Positions 18,461-39,001 of a DNA stretch of 64,000 bases are shown here, one piece after another (the first letter of the stretch is position 1; every line of letters starts with the position of its first letter). The DNA comes from the human T2T-CHM13v2.0 reference genome, Homo sapiens. The DNA is taken from NCBI RefSeq assembly GCF_009914755.1, contig NC_060933.1, one strand, 5' to 3'. The position numbers and the translations under genes were made by a program. Below the pieces are notes generated by a model. That model saw only the letters and a program-made list of their open reading frames with translations, made no database searches and had not been told where the DNA came from.

Positions 18461-18953
18461 CTCACCAGAAATTGAACTGGGCCCCATATGACAGATGTAA
18501 GAATTTGGGGAAGGAGATTCCAAAAGGAGAGAAACAACTCTAATAATGGTAGCAGGAACAACTGTGTTGGAGAAACAGGAGTCAGGCCAGCCCAACAGAG
18601 GAAAAGCATCCTTTTGGGAAAGGAGAGTCAATAAGACTTACAAGGCAAGTGGCAGTCAGATTTTGAAGGCAACGAGTTTTCTATTTTTCAGGATAGAAAG
18701 TTAGGACTTTGTTCCACAGACTGTAGATCTCAGTGAACAGTGAGACTGGTGGAGGAACAGGGGTGACTTATCCATTAGGCAGAGTAGGTCCAGTGTCTAG
18801 GACCCAGGATATTTTCAGGAGCCCATAAAAATGTTTAAATTTTAATTTATCTCAAAAGAAGAAAAAATGAGTATAGTAATAATAATATATAAAATGAATA
18901 CAGTCTGGATCAGATCCATCTTTATACCTACACTGTTGTAAAATACAATTGTG

Positions 18954-20760
<1,807 letters not shown>

Positions 20761-20879
20761 TACATGTTAAAATTTTAGAGTATGCAATAGATTCACAGGA
20801 TTCAGAAACTAAAAAGTGTAAAGCAGTACACAATGAAAAAAATCTCCATTTTATTTCTGCATTCCATCAGCTCAATAGC

Positions 20880-21690
20880 TGAATCAGTCAAAGGCCCAGC
20901 AGGAAATAGATGGCAAGCTCAAATGGGGCAGCTGAGAAAAATTTAATAGAGGGACTATTTATAACGTTTTGTGTATAGTTAAGGAAAAGCAACAAAGATG
21001 ATCAAGCATATCAGGACTAGCAAAAGCAGGGCTGTGGGGAAAATGTATAGGTGCTAGGGCTCAAGGGGAAAGAGGAGGGAGCAGTTGTTAGAACTAGACA
21101 GTTTTAGGAGAGTGTTGCCCAGCAGTAGCTGTGGCTGTAAGTAGAGAAACAGCTACTGCAGGCGGTGGCTCACACCTGTAATCCCAGCACTTCGGGAGCC
21201 CCAGGAGGGCAGATCACCTGAGGTCAGAAGTTTGAGACCAGCCTGGCCAACATGATGAAACTCTATCTCTACTAAAAATACAAAAATTAGCCAGGCATGG
21301 TGGTACACACCTGTAGTCCCGGGTACTCAGGGGGCTGAGGCTGGAGAATATCTTGAATCTGGGAGGTGGAGGTTGCAGTGAGCCGAGATCGTACTACTGC
21401 ACTCCAGCCTGGGTGACAGAGTGAGACTCTGTCTCAAACAAAACAAAACAAAACAAAACAAAACAAAACAGAAAAACAGCCACTGCCAACTTGCAGCTGA
21501 CCTACTGAGGGAAAACCTGCCAAATGAATACCACTGATCACACTCTCCCAAGCTCCGCCTCCTACTTTACCTCCCATCTTCCCAATCCAGCCCAAGCTGA
21601 GAGGGCATCCCTGAAGCATAGCACTCAGCCTGCTGGGGAAGAGGGAAACGGAAAGTTGAAGATTTGAACTAAAGGAAAATACATTAAGAA
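20880..21690 (-). mobile_element. LTR33/LTR41-like ERV-L LTR interrupted by an Alu (+; ~21160-21475, (AAAAC)n tail)
   Basis: 'tgaatcagtcaaaggcccagcaggaaatagatggcaagctcaaa...tttaatagagggactatttataa' is the reverse complement of the LTR33-like 3' end. Confidence 0.6.
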
Positions 21691-22506
21691 TATCCAGCAC
21701 AGGCCGAGCGTGGGCCACCGTGCCCGGCCTGACATTTTCAAATTGCTTCAAGAATAATTCCCCATTTGGCCAGTCGTGGTGGCAGACACCTGTAATCCCA
21801 GCACTTTGGGAGGCCAAGGTGAGTGGATCCCTTGAGCTCAGGAGTTTGAGACCAGCATGGGCAACATGGCGAAACCCCATCTATTAAAAAAAACACAAAA
21901 ATTAGCTGGGCATGGTGGTGCATGCCTGTAGTCTCAGTTACTCAGGAGGCTGAGGTGGGAGGATCAACTGAGCCCAAGAGGTCAAGGCTGCAGTAAGCCA
22001 CAATCATGCCACTGCCCTCCAGTTTGGGAAACAGAACAAGACCCTCATCTATTATTGATGTTTGTGTCTGATCTTTTGCTGTCACATTAATACAATGAAT
22101 AGTCTTGTATACACATGTCATTTTAAGAATATACACTTGTGGATGCACAACAAATTCTCAGAAATGGGATTGTTGAGTTAAAGAGATTTGCATTCATAAT
22201 TTTGATAGGGACAAGTGGCCTTCCACTGGAGTTCTATTTATTTAAACTCCTACCAGCAATGTGTGAAAAGTGCCTGTCTTCCCATTGCTTTGTCAGCAGA
22301 ATTTATTATTACTGTTTTGCATTTTTGTCAATCTAATACAAGGGAAAATAGTATTGTAGGTTAGTTTTAATTGCAATTATTTTATAATGAGTAAGGCTAA
22401 GCAACTCTTCATAAATTTGCAGTCATTTGTACTTCCTTTTCTGTGAACAGTGTCTTCATATTTGCCCATTTTTCTACAGGTTTGTTGGTATTTCTTTTTT
22501 TGATTT

Positions 22507-23424
22507 TGTAAACAAAAACAAAATTCTAAGGCCCACCAGCCATCTGAATGGACCCCTTCTCTCAGCCAAGGACATTCCAAAGTTAGCTCAAAAAACTAGT
22601 TCAGGCCATGATAAGAAGGGGGAGCCAGACATGCCTCATTTGGCCCTATTGGGTGTAATTCCTTTAGGAATTACTGATAGAACAAACTATTTAAGTATGA
22701 TAAGAAACATTTATAAGGCTGGGTTCAGTGGCTCATGCCTGTAATCCCAGCACTTTGGGAGGCAGAGGCAGGCAGATTGCTCAGGAGTTTGAGATCAGCC
22801 TGGGCAACATGGTGAGACCCTGGCTCTGCAAAAAATACTAAAATTAGCCAGGCTTGGTGGCACATGCCTGTTAGGTCAGCTACTTGGGAGGCTGAGGTGG
22901 GAGAATCGCTTGAGTCTGGGGGGTGGAGACTTCAGTGAGCTGTGACCACGCCACTACACTCCAGCCTTGGCAACAGAGAAAGACCTTGTCTCACAAAAAA
23001 GAAAAAAAAAATAAAAAGAAAGAAATATGTATAATCTATTCCCTGTAAAGCCTGCTACCTGGATGCTTCATTTGCATGATAAAACCCTGGTCTTCACAAC
23101 CCCTTATAACTCAGACATTACTTTCTGTTGAAAATAAACCCTTTAAAACAATTGCCAATCAGAAAATGTTTGAATGTGCCTACGACTTCGAAGCCCCTGT
23201 TCTGGCTGTCCTGCCTTTTCAGACTGAGCCAATGTGCATCTTCCATGTGTTGATTGGTGTCTCACGTCTCCCTAAAACACATAAAAGCAAGCTGTACACC
23301 AACCATCCGAGGCATATGCACTCAGGAGCTTCTGAGGGCTGAGTCATGGGCCATTGGTCACCCATATTTGGCTCAGAATAAATCTCCTTGAATATTTTAC
23401 AAAGTCTGACTTTCTCCAGCCACA
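22507..23424 (+). mobile_element. MER4 (D/E-like) solo LTR containing an AluJ (~22717-23020), inside antisense L1M
   Basis: TG...CA ends, 4-bp TSD attt, and 'catatttggctcagaataaatctc' near the 3' end. Confidence 0.85.
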
Positions 23425-24381
23425 ATTTCTAGGAGCTCTTTAAATACTGGGGGAGATAAACTGTTCTTTTGTGATATTCGTTGCCAAGATTTTTCCAGAG
23501 GGTCACTGATTTTCATTGACTTGGCTTACAATGTCTCCCACTCCACCTCATGAGGAAGCTTTCCTTTGTTTGTATTTATGTACTGGAATTTAGCAATTAG
23601 CCATTTTTTGGTTTTTGTTATTTCTTTTCTTGTTTATTTCCGCAATTAGCCGTTTTTTTAATGGCTATTAAACATAACTAGTAAGGTCTTCACTTTAAAG
23701 TTATAAAAGAATTTCTGAATTTCTATATGTTTTCTTTTTAGAAGTTGTATGCCTTCATATTTTACATTTAAATCATTGATCCACTTGATATTTTCTGGGA
23801 GTAAGATGTAAGATATGGTTCCAACTTAATTTTTTCCCAGACATTAACTAGTTATTCTAACACTGTTTATTGAATAATCATTACCCTGCTCCCGGATTTG
23901 AGATGCATCACTTGCTAACGTAAAAATTTGCATGTATTTAAATCTATTTATAAACTTTCTAATCTCTTCTGCAGGTCTATCTGTTATACTGTTTTAATTA
24001 CTGAAGCTTTTTCGTATGCTTCAATATTTCTTACAGTTAGTTCCCGCTTACTGCTCTTCTTTTTTTTTTTTAGACAGAGTCTTGCTCTGTCACCCAGGCT
24101 TGAGTGCAGTGGCGTGATCTTGGCTTACTGCAACCTCCGCCTCCCAGTTTCAAGCGATTCTCCTGCCTCAGCCTCTTGAGTAGCTGGGACTACAGGCACC
24201 AGCCATCACGCCCAGCTAATTTTTTGTATTTTTAGTAGAGACACGGTTTCGCCATGTTGGCCAGGTTCGTCTTGAGTTCCTGACCTCAGGTGATCTGCCC
24301 GCCTCGGCCTCCCAAAGTGCTGGGATTACAGGCATGAGCCATCGCACCGGCCTGCTCTTCTTTTAAAAAAGTTTTTCTATC

Positions 24382-24826
<445 letters not shown>

Positions 24827-26095
24827 TTACCCTCCAGCCCCTGCCCGGAAAAAAACAACCCTCTTCGTTAGACAAAGAGGAGATTAAATTTATAAATTCC
24901 CTTGGGAGAAAATTAACACCTTTGATGTTATCTTCCAGTTTAAGAACATTGTATGTCTTTCACTTGCTCAAGTCTTCCTTTATGCCCTTCAATAATGTTT
25001 CAAGATTTTCTTCCTACAGACCTGGTATATTACTTATTAGGCTTATTCCTAGGCTTTTTTTTCCTATTAAAATTGGGGATTTTTCTTCCATCGTGTCCGA
25101 ATGTTGGTTAAGTAAAAGCTATTTATATTGTATATTACTTTATACTATATCACCTTGCATAATTTAATTTTTATTTATAGTATTTTTCAGTTGATTGCTT
25201 TGTATTTTCTAGCATAGAACCATATCATTTGCAACCAGCAAACGTTATGTCTTTTTCTTTCTTTTACGTGTTTTTTTCACCAAATCTTTTGGATAATATC
25301 TCTGATACAATGTTTAATAAAAATAATGATAATGAGCATATTTTTCTTTTTCCTGAATATAGGGGGAGTGTTTCTAGTGTTTCCCCATTAAACATAACAC
25401 TGGTTATTTATTGGCTGAGATAGATACATTTTGTTATGTTAAAGATATCAACTAGCTCAAGTTTGTTAATAGTGTTGCTCAAATACTCTTTATTCTTACT
25501 GGTTTTCGGCCTGCTTTTCCTAAAAGTTATTGAGAGAGGTATTTGAGTGGGGGCAAAGATTTATTAAGTAGGACACAAAAATCACTAACATAAAGGAAAA
25601 GTTTGATAAATTGGACTAAAATAAATTTAAAAATTCTGTTAATCCTAAGACATCACTAAGAGAGTAAAAGGCAAGTCACAAGATATTTGCAATGCCTATA
25701 TCTGAATATAAAAAGGAACACATAAAAAGCTTGATAAATATAGCTCACCAACATAAAAATGGGCAAAAGAACAGTCAATTCACAAAAAAGGATGTTGAAA
25801 TACCAATAAATATATGAAAAGATGCTCATTAGCCTTTAGGGAAATTTATGATTAAAACTACAATGACAATCCACTGGTATAGCTAAAATTAAACAGACAT
25901 CAATATAAAGTATTGGTGTGGCTGGACCTGGTGGCTCATGCCTGTAATCCCAGCACTTTGGGAAGCTGAGGCAGGAAGATCCCTTGAGGTTAGGAGTTTC
26001 AGAGCAGCTTGGCCAACATGGTGAAATCCCATCTCTCCTAAAAATACAAAAATTAGCTACACTTGGTGGCAGGCACCTGTAATCCCAGCTACTCA

Positions 26096-26197
<102 letters not shown>

Positions 26198-26504
26198 TCA
26201 AAAAAAAAAAAAAAAAAGTATTGATGTGAATGTATAGCAAGTAGAATTCTCATCCATTGCTGATAGGAGTATAAACTATTTATATCCACTTTGCAAATAT
26301 GTATGGCAGTGTCTTCTAAAGCTGAACACCACATTCTGCATAGATGTAGAATTCTACTCCTGAGTATGAAATAGACACAGAAATATATGCCAAAAGAAAA
26401 GACAGGTACAAGAATGTTTATATCACAACCATTCACAACATCCCCAAACTGGAAACAATCCAGATGTCTGCCAAAATTTAAAAAAACATAAATGTGATAT
26501 ATTC

Positions 26505-27884
26505 TGTAAACAAAAAGGTATCTGAGACAGGCCACAGTCAACTTAGAAAGTTTATTTTGGCAAGGTTAAGGACGCACCCATGACACTGCCTCGAGGTTCT
26601 GATGACATGTGCCCAAGGCGGTTGGGATACAGCTTGCTTTTATACATTTTAGGGAGACATGAGACATCAGTCAATATGTGTAATGTAAATTGGTTTGGTT
26701 TGGTAAGGTGGGACAACCTGAGAAGCCAGAGCTTCCAGGTCATAAGTAGATAAGAGACAAAACATTGCATTCTTTTGAGTCCTTGATCAGCTTTCCACTG
26801 AATATGAAATGGGAAAAGTTCCCCTTATCCCCCTCACAGGGCATGCGATGGGGTGTGGCTTGCTTCTTCAGTGCCTGGCTATTCAAACCCCTAAGGGGAG
26901 CAGGCAGACACACAGGTTGTGGGGCTCCAACCCCACAGCAGTGTCTAGGGGTGAATGTTTACAGCTCCTGAGGCCCCAGAGGGCGTGTGTTACAGGGTGT
27001 TCTTTTAGTTTAGCTGTCTGTAGGTGGCTTGTGTTAGTCTGCTCGATTAGACCCCCTGCCTTATCGCAAGGACAGAGGGCTTTCTGTATCTGAGAGTTTC
27101 TTTCCTTGATGTACCAGAAAAACTGAATCACCTATGGGCTTGGAGAGTGAGTGCAAGGTTTTATTGAGTCGAAGTAGCTCTCAGCAGATGGGGATGCCAG
27201 AAGGGGATGGAGTGGGAAGGTGGTTTTGCCCTGGAGTCAGGCCGCTCAGCAGCCCAGGCTCTGCTCTGACCACCCTGGCCAAACTCCACATTGTTCCATA
27301 GGTCGATGGCCTGCCGGCTTGCCAGCATCTGTCCGTGTGCTCTTACACCGGTGTGTTCCTCTCGACGTCCAGCTGCTTGTGTGCATATCCGCTAGGATCC
27401 TGGGGGTTTTTATACCCGCAGGATGGCGGCATGGCAGGCCAGGGTGGTCTTGGGAAATGCAATATTTGGTCACAGAGGCAAGGGTGCCTGTCCTCATCTA
27501 GGTCCATGGGCACAGGCCTGGGGGTGGAGCCCTCACCAGGGACCTGCCTACTCCTCCCAGCACTTCCCTGCCCCCTTCCATATCAAATACACAATTTAAT
27601 CTGGCTCAGTGAATCTGCATTTTAACATAAACAATGGGCAGAGGAAGCAATCAAATATGTGTTTGTCTCAGGTGAACCTCAGAGGGATGACTGAGTTCTT
27701 TCTGACCTTTCTCCACAAGGAATTTCCATGTGGGAAAATTGTGAGGGAGGTATGTAGCTTTTTATCTTTGTAGCTATCTTATTTAGTAATAAAATGGGAG
27801 GCAGGTTTGCCTGACATAGATCCCAGCTTGATTTTTCCTTTGGCTTAGTGATTTGGGGGTCCTGAGATTTATTTTCCTTTCACA
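26505..27884 (-). mobile_element. MER4A solo LTR inserted in an L1M fragment
   Basis: TG...CA ends, 4-bp TSD attc (26501-26504 and 27885-27888), motif 'gaaagtttattttggcaaggttaaggacgcacccatgacac'. Confidence 0.88.
26805..27585 (-). mobile_element. HUERS-type solo LTR (LTR1/LTR9/LTR28-like, ~780 bp) nested in MER4A
   Basis: TG...CA ends, 4-bp TSD aata; minus strand starts tgatatggaagggggcagggaagtgctggg and contains TATAAAAA. Confidence 0.8.
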
Positions 27885-28240
27885 ATTCATACAGTAGAAT
27901 ATTAGACAGCAATGAAAACGTGTATACTACGGTTATTTGAAAACATGGATGAATCCGAAGGAACATGTTGAATGAAAGAAATCAGACACAAACTTATCTG
28001 CTGAATAATTATATTTACAAAATCTTCAGAAACAGGTACAACTAATCTGTTATCAGAAGGGGGGATAAGGCGAGGCATGGTGGCTCACGCCTGTAATCCC
28101 AGCACTTCGGGAGGCCAAGGCGGGTGGATCACCTGAGGTCAAGAGTTCAAGACCAGCCTGGCCAACATGGTGAAACCCCATTTCTACTAAAAATACAAAA
28201 ATTAGCCGGTCGTGGTGGCATGCACCTGTAGTCCCAGCTA

Positions 28241-28348
<108 letters not shown>

Positions 28349-28753
28349 TCAAAAAAAAAGAAAAAAAGAAGTGAGGATAGTGATGATCTTTGGAGAAATA
28401 GGAAGGACATGGCAGGTACTTCTGGGATAATGCTTATGTTCTTGATCTCAGGTAGTTGTTATATAGGATGTTTATTTTGTGATAATCCATGAAGACATAC
28501 ACTTGTGATTTGTGCACTTTTCTATGTTATACTTAAATTGTATTAAAGAGAAGATGATTCACTTTCTTTCAAGGGTGTGTGAAAATAATTCAAATTTGTG
28601 AGTTTCCATCTCTAGAAGCGTGGGGTGCTCCACTGTCGTGTTTTATGCTTACCTCCTCCAGCAAGACTCACTCCCAAAATCTTCCAGTCAGGATTCGTGC
28701 ACCAGTCCTTGTTGCCCCAAAATTTGAGGCAGGGGGAGATTCTGGTTTTCTAA

Positions 28754-29013
<260 letters not shown>

Positions 29014-30075
29014 TGAACTCCTGACCTCAAGTGATCCATCCACTTTGGCCACCCAAAGTGCTGGGCATGAGCCACTGTGCCCGGCCAACTTCTTGAATGT
29101 CTAGGACTTGTAGACTCAGAATGGATTGAAAGGAAGTAATAGTTGGGTTTATTGATATGGCAGAGGCCCCAACTGCCCCAGAAGAGATTCCATGATTTTG
29201 GGTGGCCCACTTCTTTGGTTTATCCTGTCTCTTCCAGGTAGGTAGGAAAGTGGGAATAGAAGAAGTTAGTATGACATTTGTCTCTCTTATGCTCGCACCT
29301 TTGTACACATAGCAGGCATTGGCAACTGGCCTCTGTGCTGATGGATCTGTGACCACGTGCTACAAGTGGTTAAATATTTTTATTGTTCACCTCCTTACCC
29401 CCAGCCCATCCCCAGTCTCAGTGAAGGCTTTGTTCTACTTTCTTTCTTTTGGCTACAAAGTTCAGTTTCGGGGTCAGGAATTTGTACTAGCTGGTGATGT
29501 GTTCTCAACCACGTGACATTTACTGAAAATTAGAGTCTGCCTACCTGTTGATGAATATTTTTATTTTGAAGTCCTGTTGGGGATTCTTATCTTTTGATAC
29601 AGTGTCCCCAGGGGTTTCTTAAGGCCAAGCCAAGGAGATGACTCAGCCAGGGTTCTATAGCTCCTCTCTTAACTAGGAAGAACTTAGAAGCAGGTTTTAG
29701 AACTGAACTCTAGAAGTTATATCCATTTTTTGATCGACTTTTCTGAAAGTTGGTAGGCTAATACCACTCATTGTTTTATCTATGTTGTAAATAATTTAAC
29801 AATTTGTTTCTTGGATTGTTATTTTTGTGAGTTTTTTTAAAAAGCAATGGGCATAGGAGAATCAGATAATGGGATGTACCATCTCCCTGAGATTTTGATC
29901 TGCTATTAATAGCACAGTGATTCTTAACTGAGGGTGGATCAGAACCACCTATGATGTTTGCTAAAAGTCCCAATACCTTATTCTTACAGCTTATAGCCTG
30001 GTCTTCCTGGCAGTGGGTTCTTGAGAAAGTGGGGTTGATATTTGACAACGGACTGAGGAGGACTTGTCTGCTTAA

Positions 30076-30154
30076 CCCATTTCCTGTTTGCCCTGAGGAG
30101 ACTGCACTGGCAGCAAGCTGAACTTTTTTTTTTTTTTCCTAAATGGGAAATGGG
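30076..30154 (+). mobile_element. MER75A piggyBac-family MITE
   Basis: TIRs cccatttcctgttt / aaatgggaaatggg, TTAA on the left and TTTA on the right. Confidence 0.8.
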
Positions 30155-31145
30155 TTTATCTACTTCCTTGGTTTTTCATTAATCTTAAAGTAGAAACCAG
30201 ATTCTTTACCAAGGTACTCAGGCCTGTGTGATCTGTGGCCTGTCCAACCCCTCCCTCATTTGATAGGCTCCTTCCCTTTACTTGTAGTGTTTTAGCCACA
30301 CCAGCCTTTGCTGGCCTCAAAGCTCATTCCCATTTGAGGAACTGCATGAACAGTGAACTGTGCCTGGGTTGCTGTCCCCCAACTCTTTGGCTTCTTAATC
30401 TACAGGTTTCAACTCAAATATTCCTTTTTCAGAGAGATCATCCCTGACCACCTTATCTGAAGTGTCCTTCCCCAGAAACTACATTTTGGCATCTTGTTTT
30501 TTCTTTAGGGAATTTGTAAAATCATGTAATTTTCTTTAGGATCTCACTGACCTTCTCATGAACTAGGCTATAGGCTCCACAAGGGCAGGGAGTGAGTTTG
30601 TTTAGGTCCCCACTCCACCCTGAGTGCCTGGCATAGGGTCTGGCATATACTGGGCCCTTGGTAAATGTGAAATGGAAAGAATGGATGAACTCTCAAAGAT
30701 GAGATGTGATCCTTTTGGAAACTGAATGGCAGGAACTGTGACAAATATATAATAAAGTAATAATGGTGTACATGGCAGGGAACCATTAACCTCAAGCCAC
30801 TGGGAGAAATGGATCCCTAACCCAGGGTGTCTCATTAAACATGTCAAAGAGAACTCATAGGAGCTTACACCCATCGTTGTCTCATCTCACCAGAGCTGTT
30901 TTATATGCGATGATGTTGCTTTACTTTTCATTATCTTTGAAATAGAGTTAAGTGAATTGATCATGCTTTCCTGACTTAAAAAAAGAGAGGGAGGGCCGGG
31001 TGCGGTGGCTCACACCTGTAATCCCAGCACTTTGGGAGGCTGAGGCGGGCAGACCACGAGGTCAGGAGATTGAGACCATCCTGGCTAACATGGTGAAACC
31101 CCATCTCTATTAAAAATACAAAAAATTAGCCGTCCCAGCTACTCA

Positions 31146-31274
<129 letters not shown>

Positions 31275-31501
31275 TTATTCACCTATTTTTAATTAGAAGT
31301 AGAAATTTCTGGGCCAGGCATGGTGGCTCATGCCTGTAATCCCAGCACTTTGGGAGGCTGAGGTGGGTGGATCACCTGAGGTCAAGAGTCTTTAGACCTG
31401 GAACCCAGGAATCAGTATTTTGGTAAATCTCCACAGGTCATTCCTATCAGCAGCCATGTAGGTGTTGGTGTACAAAGTTCTAGACTCAGTGCCAAACCCG
31501 C

Positions 31502-31929
31502 TGTATTCATTTGCTAAGGCTGCCATAACGAAGTACCATAACTGGGTGGTTTAAACAGCAGAAACATATCATCTCATAATTCTGGAGGCCAGAAGTGTAA
31601 GATGAAAGGTATTGTAGGGGTTGATTCCTTCTGAGGGCTGTGAGGGAAGGATCTGTTCCAAGCCTCTCTCCTTGGCTTGTGGATGGCTGCCTGTCTTTCC
31701 ACTACATCTCTTCACCTCATCATCTGTCTGTGCCTGTGTGTCTCTGTGTCCAAATTTCCCCTTTTTATAAGCACACCAGTCATATTGGATGAGTCTCACC
31801 CTAATGACCTCATTTTAAGTTGATTATCTCGGTAAAGCCCCTAAACCTCTGATAAGGTCACAGTCTGAGGTACCGGGGGTAAGGACTCCAACATATGAAT
31901 TTTGGGGGAACACGATTCAGCCCATAATA
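31502..31929 (-). mobile_element. MLT1 (MaLR) solo LTR
   Basis: 'tgtattcatttgctaaggctgccataacgaagtacc...acgattcagcccataata'. Confidence 0.85.
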
Positions 31930-32581
31930 GCCACCAAATCAGACCTCCAGAGAAAAGGCCTGGGAAATTGTATATTTATCAAGCACTACCGAAGAGTCTA
32001 GAAAACATGGATCTAGGGCAGAAGAAGAAAACAAAAATGCTGGCAGGGGCCAGACAGGCAAAGAACTGGAGCTGATTGGCAGGAACTTCAGCCCCTGAAG
32101 GGCAGAAACTCCAGTCTAGCATGTGTTGTCATTCAAGAATGAGGGGCCCAGTGTCCTGGCCTTAGTGTTTTTGTTTTGTTTTGTTTTGTTTTGTTTTAAA
32201 GAAACTGAAAACTTGGATTTTAATTTAAAATTTTTCAATAAATAAAGTGCTCTTCAGGCCAAACAAAATAGATCAGTAAGCCTGATGCAGCCCGTATTTT
32301 ACATATCTTAGGGTGAGAAAACCAGTGAGTTTTAATATCTCTCTCAAAATCCTTTGCTGGCCATGGCTCAGTGTGGGAAGAAGGGTACGGGGATTTGGGG
32401 GCTGGGGGGTGGTAGGTGTTGGGAGGGAAATGCAAGAAGAAAGAGAAAGGCCAATCTGACCCAGTTATTCTGAGCTGATTGCCTCAATTAATTAATCATT
32501 TCATTCATTAATTAAATCAGTTGTTCAACAATTGCCTTGGGAGGATTTTCTAGTTGTTAATAGCTGAGGTGTGCTTTAAGT

Positions 32582-32882
32582 TGTGAACCCAGAAAATCTG
32601 AGACAGATCTCCATTAATTTAGAAAGTTTATTTTGCCAAGGTTGAGGACGCACCCATGACACAGCCTCAGAAGATCCTGATGACATGTGCCCAAGGTGGT
32701 CATGGCACAGCTTAGTTTTATACATTTTAGGGAGACATGAGACATCAATCAATATATGCATCTTTCTCTGGATCAGAGGGGTGAAATAGAACCTGAGGCA
32801 GGTTGGTCCTGAGCAGTTCCCAGCTTGACTTTTCTCTTTAGCTTAGTGATTTGGGGGCCCCATGATTTCTTTTCCTTTCACA
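32582..32882 (-). mobile_element. MER4A solo LTR with internal deletion
   Basis: Homologous to 26505-27884; TG...CA ends; 4-bp TSD aagt. Confidence 0.85.
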
Positions 32883-32988
32883 AAGTCCTGACGATGAGCT
32901 TTGAATTACTGCAGGACTGCTCTTCTCTTTGAGCTGTTGTTTCTCTACTCTTATTACCCTATCAATCTGAGGACCCCCAATATTTTTA

Positions 32989-35627
<2,639 letters not shown>

Positions 35628-37523
35628 CTCTTGCACATTATTGTTGTCAGGGTTTTAGCTCTATCTTCTTCTCTTTTTTTCCCTAAAGTTAGACTTCATT
35701 ATTACTGATTTATACAGCCAGTCTCTATGTGTTTGCACTTATTTAACACCAGCATGTGAGCTCACTCCCCACCACTCTCACTCAATCTCCTTCTGTCTTT
35801 TATGAATATTTTCCATCTTCAGGACTGTCTTTTAATGTTTGTTTAGAGAGGTTATTTTGATGACAAAAAATTTTAGTCTTTGTTTCTCTGAAAAAGCAAA
35901 GAGTTTTACCGAGTATGTGATTCTAGATTAATTAGTATGTGTTCCATCCTCTTGTTCCATTCGGGGACTGAGTAGGCCTCGAGCCCATCGCTCAATTCTG
36001 AGATTTCCCTTTGCTGCTGCCCTGTGTAGGTTCTGTTTTCTGTATCTCATGCTGCCTTGGGTTTTTCTGGTTTTTGGTTTTTGGGTTTTTTTGTTTTTTT
36101 GTTTTTTTGTTTTGGTTATAATTCCTTTATTTTGCTGAAGCATATTCTTCAATGGTTTCCTTAAGGACACATGAGGTAAATTTTTAGAGCCCGTGGATGT
36201 CTATAAGTGTCCTTATTTAATCTTCACATTTGATTTGTAATTTGATATAGGATTTGGCAGGCATGGTTCCTTAAAGATTTTGAAGTAATTGTCCTAACAC
36301 CTCTCAGTGTTGCTGTTGAGCATTAAATGTCCTTTCGGTTCCCCCACCCTTTGTGTGTGACCTGTTTTTCCTTTCCGAAAGTGACTTTAGAATCTTTTAT
36401 TCACTTTGTTTCTCTAAAATTTATTTTCGTTTGTTTAAATTGGACTGTTGGTGACCTCCTTCCAAGTGGAGACTTACATTCTTGTACTCTGGATTGCTTT
36501 TTGTTGGGAGGTATTAGTCCTTGATAATTTGATTCCTTTCAACTTATCTGTTTACTTTTTCTAGAATTACTTTGATTTCTCCTCTAAGTCTCTTGTCCTT
36601 TTATTTCTATCTCTTTGTCTATTATTGTTTTACCTTCTGGAAGACTTACTTAATTTTCATTGTCCAACTCTTCTATTGAATTTTAAATTTTGTTAGTCAT
36701 ACTTTGTGTTTTAAAGAACTTTTCATTTTTCTCAATGTCTTTTTTATAGCATCCTGTTTACTTTTTATGGGTGGAATATCTTGTGTCTTGCTAAAAGTAG
36801 TGACAGTTACTTATAAAATAACTGAATAAAAGAGAACAGAATAAAATAAAACAGAATAAAATAAGATGTATATTTTATTCTGTTTCTTGCATTACAGTGG
36901 TTTTCCTCTGAGGGTGTGTAGGTGTGTGTGCACCCACCTGTTTTTTCTACTTGAAGATTTCCACAAATATCTAACTATTCTTGATTCAAAACCAATAAAA
37001 CATCCTATAAAGAAAGATTGAGAAGAAGTTATAGTATAAAAAGTATTTGCTTTGGCTAATTGTTTTTGAACTAAACATCTAGTTATTGAGTGTCATCTTT
37101 CTTTCACCTTCACATGTTATTGTCTTTGTAGGGAGAAAATCCAAGCACCCTTATTTTTTTTTTCCAATAATAAGACTGTTTTCTATAGGTGAATATAAAT
37201 TTAGATGTAACCTTCTGGGGGGATTTTGAATGGTATGATTATATGTCTTAAGTTTTATGAAGGTCAACAGTTTGCCCATATGTACTTGTAAGCATACTAG
37301 GCTGTAAGTTAGAAGGACTGGGCTCTATCTAGTTACAGGTTCTTGTTGTGTAATTATAGGTGTATCATCTACCTTGTCTGAACTTCAGTTTCTTTATGCA
37401 TAAAATGAAACCCATTTTCTCACTAAAGTATTACGGGTATCCAATGACATGTTTATTTATTTTTATTTTATTCTTTATTTTAATTTTAATTAAAAAAATT
37501 TTTTTTTTGAATTTTTTTTAAAA

Positions 37524-38457
<934 letters not shown>

Positions 38458-39001
38458 TACCTATTCTCTCTTATTTTTGTACCGTGTCTCCCTTGGATCA
38501 TTATCTTGCCAAAGATCATAAACTACAGCTTAGAAACCTGTGCTTAATTATTAGTTTCATGTTTATTTCAGTGCCAGGGCTTGTGAAGACCATAGGTTGC
38601 TTTTGAAAGAAAAATAGGCATAAAACTTCTCCCTTAAAGCTATACAATTACCAGTTACCCTTTGACATTATCTATGATCCTCTTATGTGTTCCTTCTTAT
38701 TTATTTATTGTTGTTGTCTTCCCCATGCAGATAGAGGACCAGCAAAGCTCCCTCATATTTCCAAAGGCCCAGGGATCCTCAAAACATAGACTAAAGCATG
38801 CATAGGAAGATATGAGGGTGGATGACAGGAGATGACAGTAGTGTCTAGATGCCTGTGAAAGCTTCTCTGTGAACCTTGTTTGGAGTCCAAATAGGGCAGG
38901 ACAGGACAGCAGGTGGAATGGGTGGAGGAGTAACAATGGGGACTCAGATCAAGTCCCACCAGGGGTGGCCTTGGGCTCACCACTTCTTTTCCCTCCCCTG
39001 C

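Noticed and set aside
35650-36800. T-rich region resembling antisense HAL1/L1M ORF1
   Set aside because: Too diverged to name or delimit by eye.
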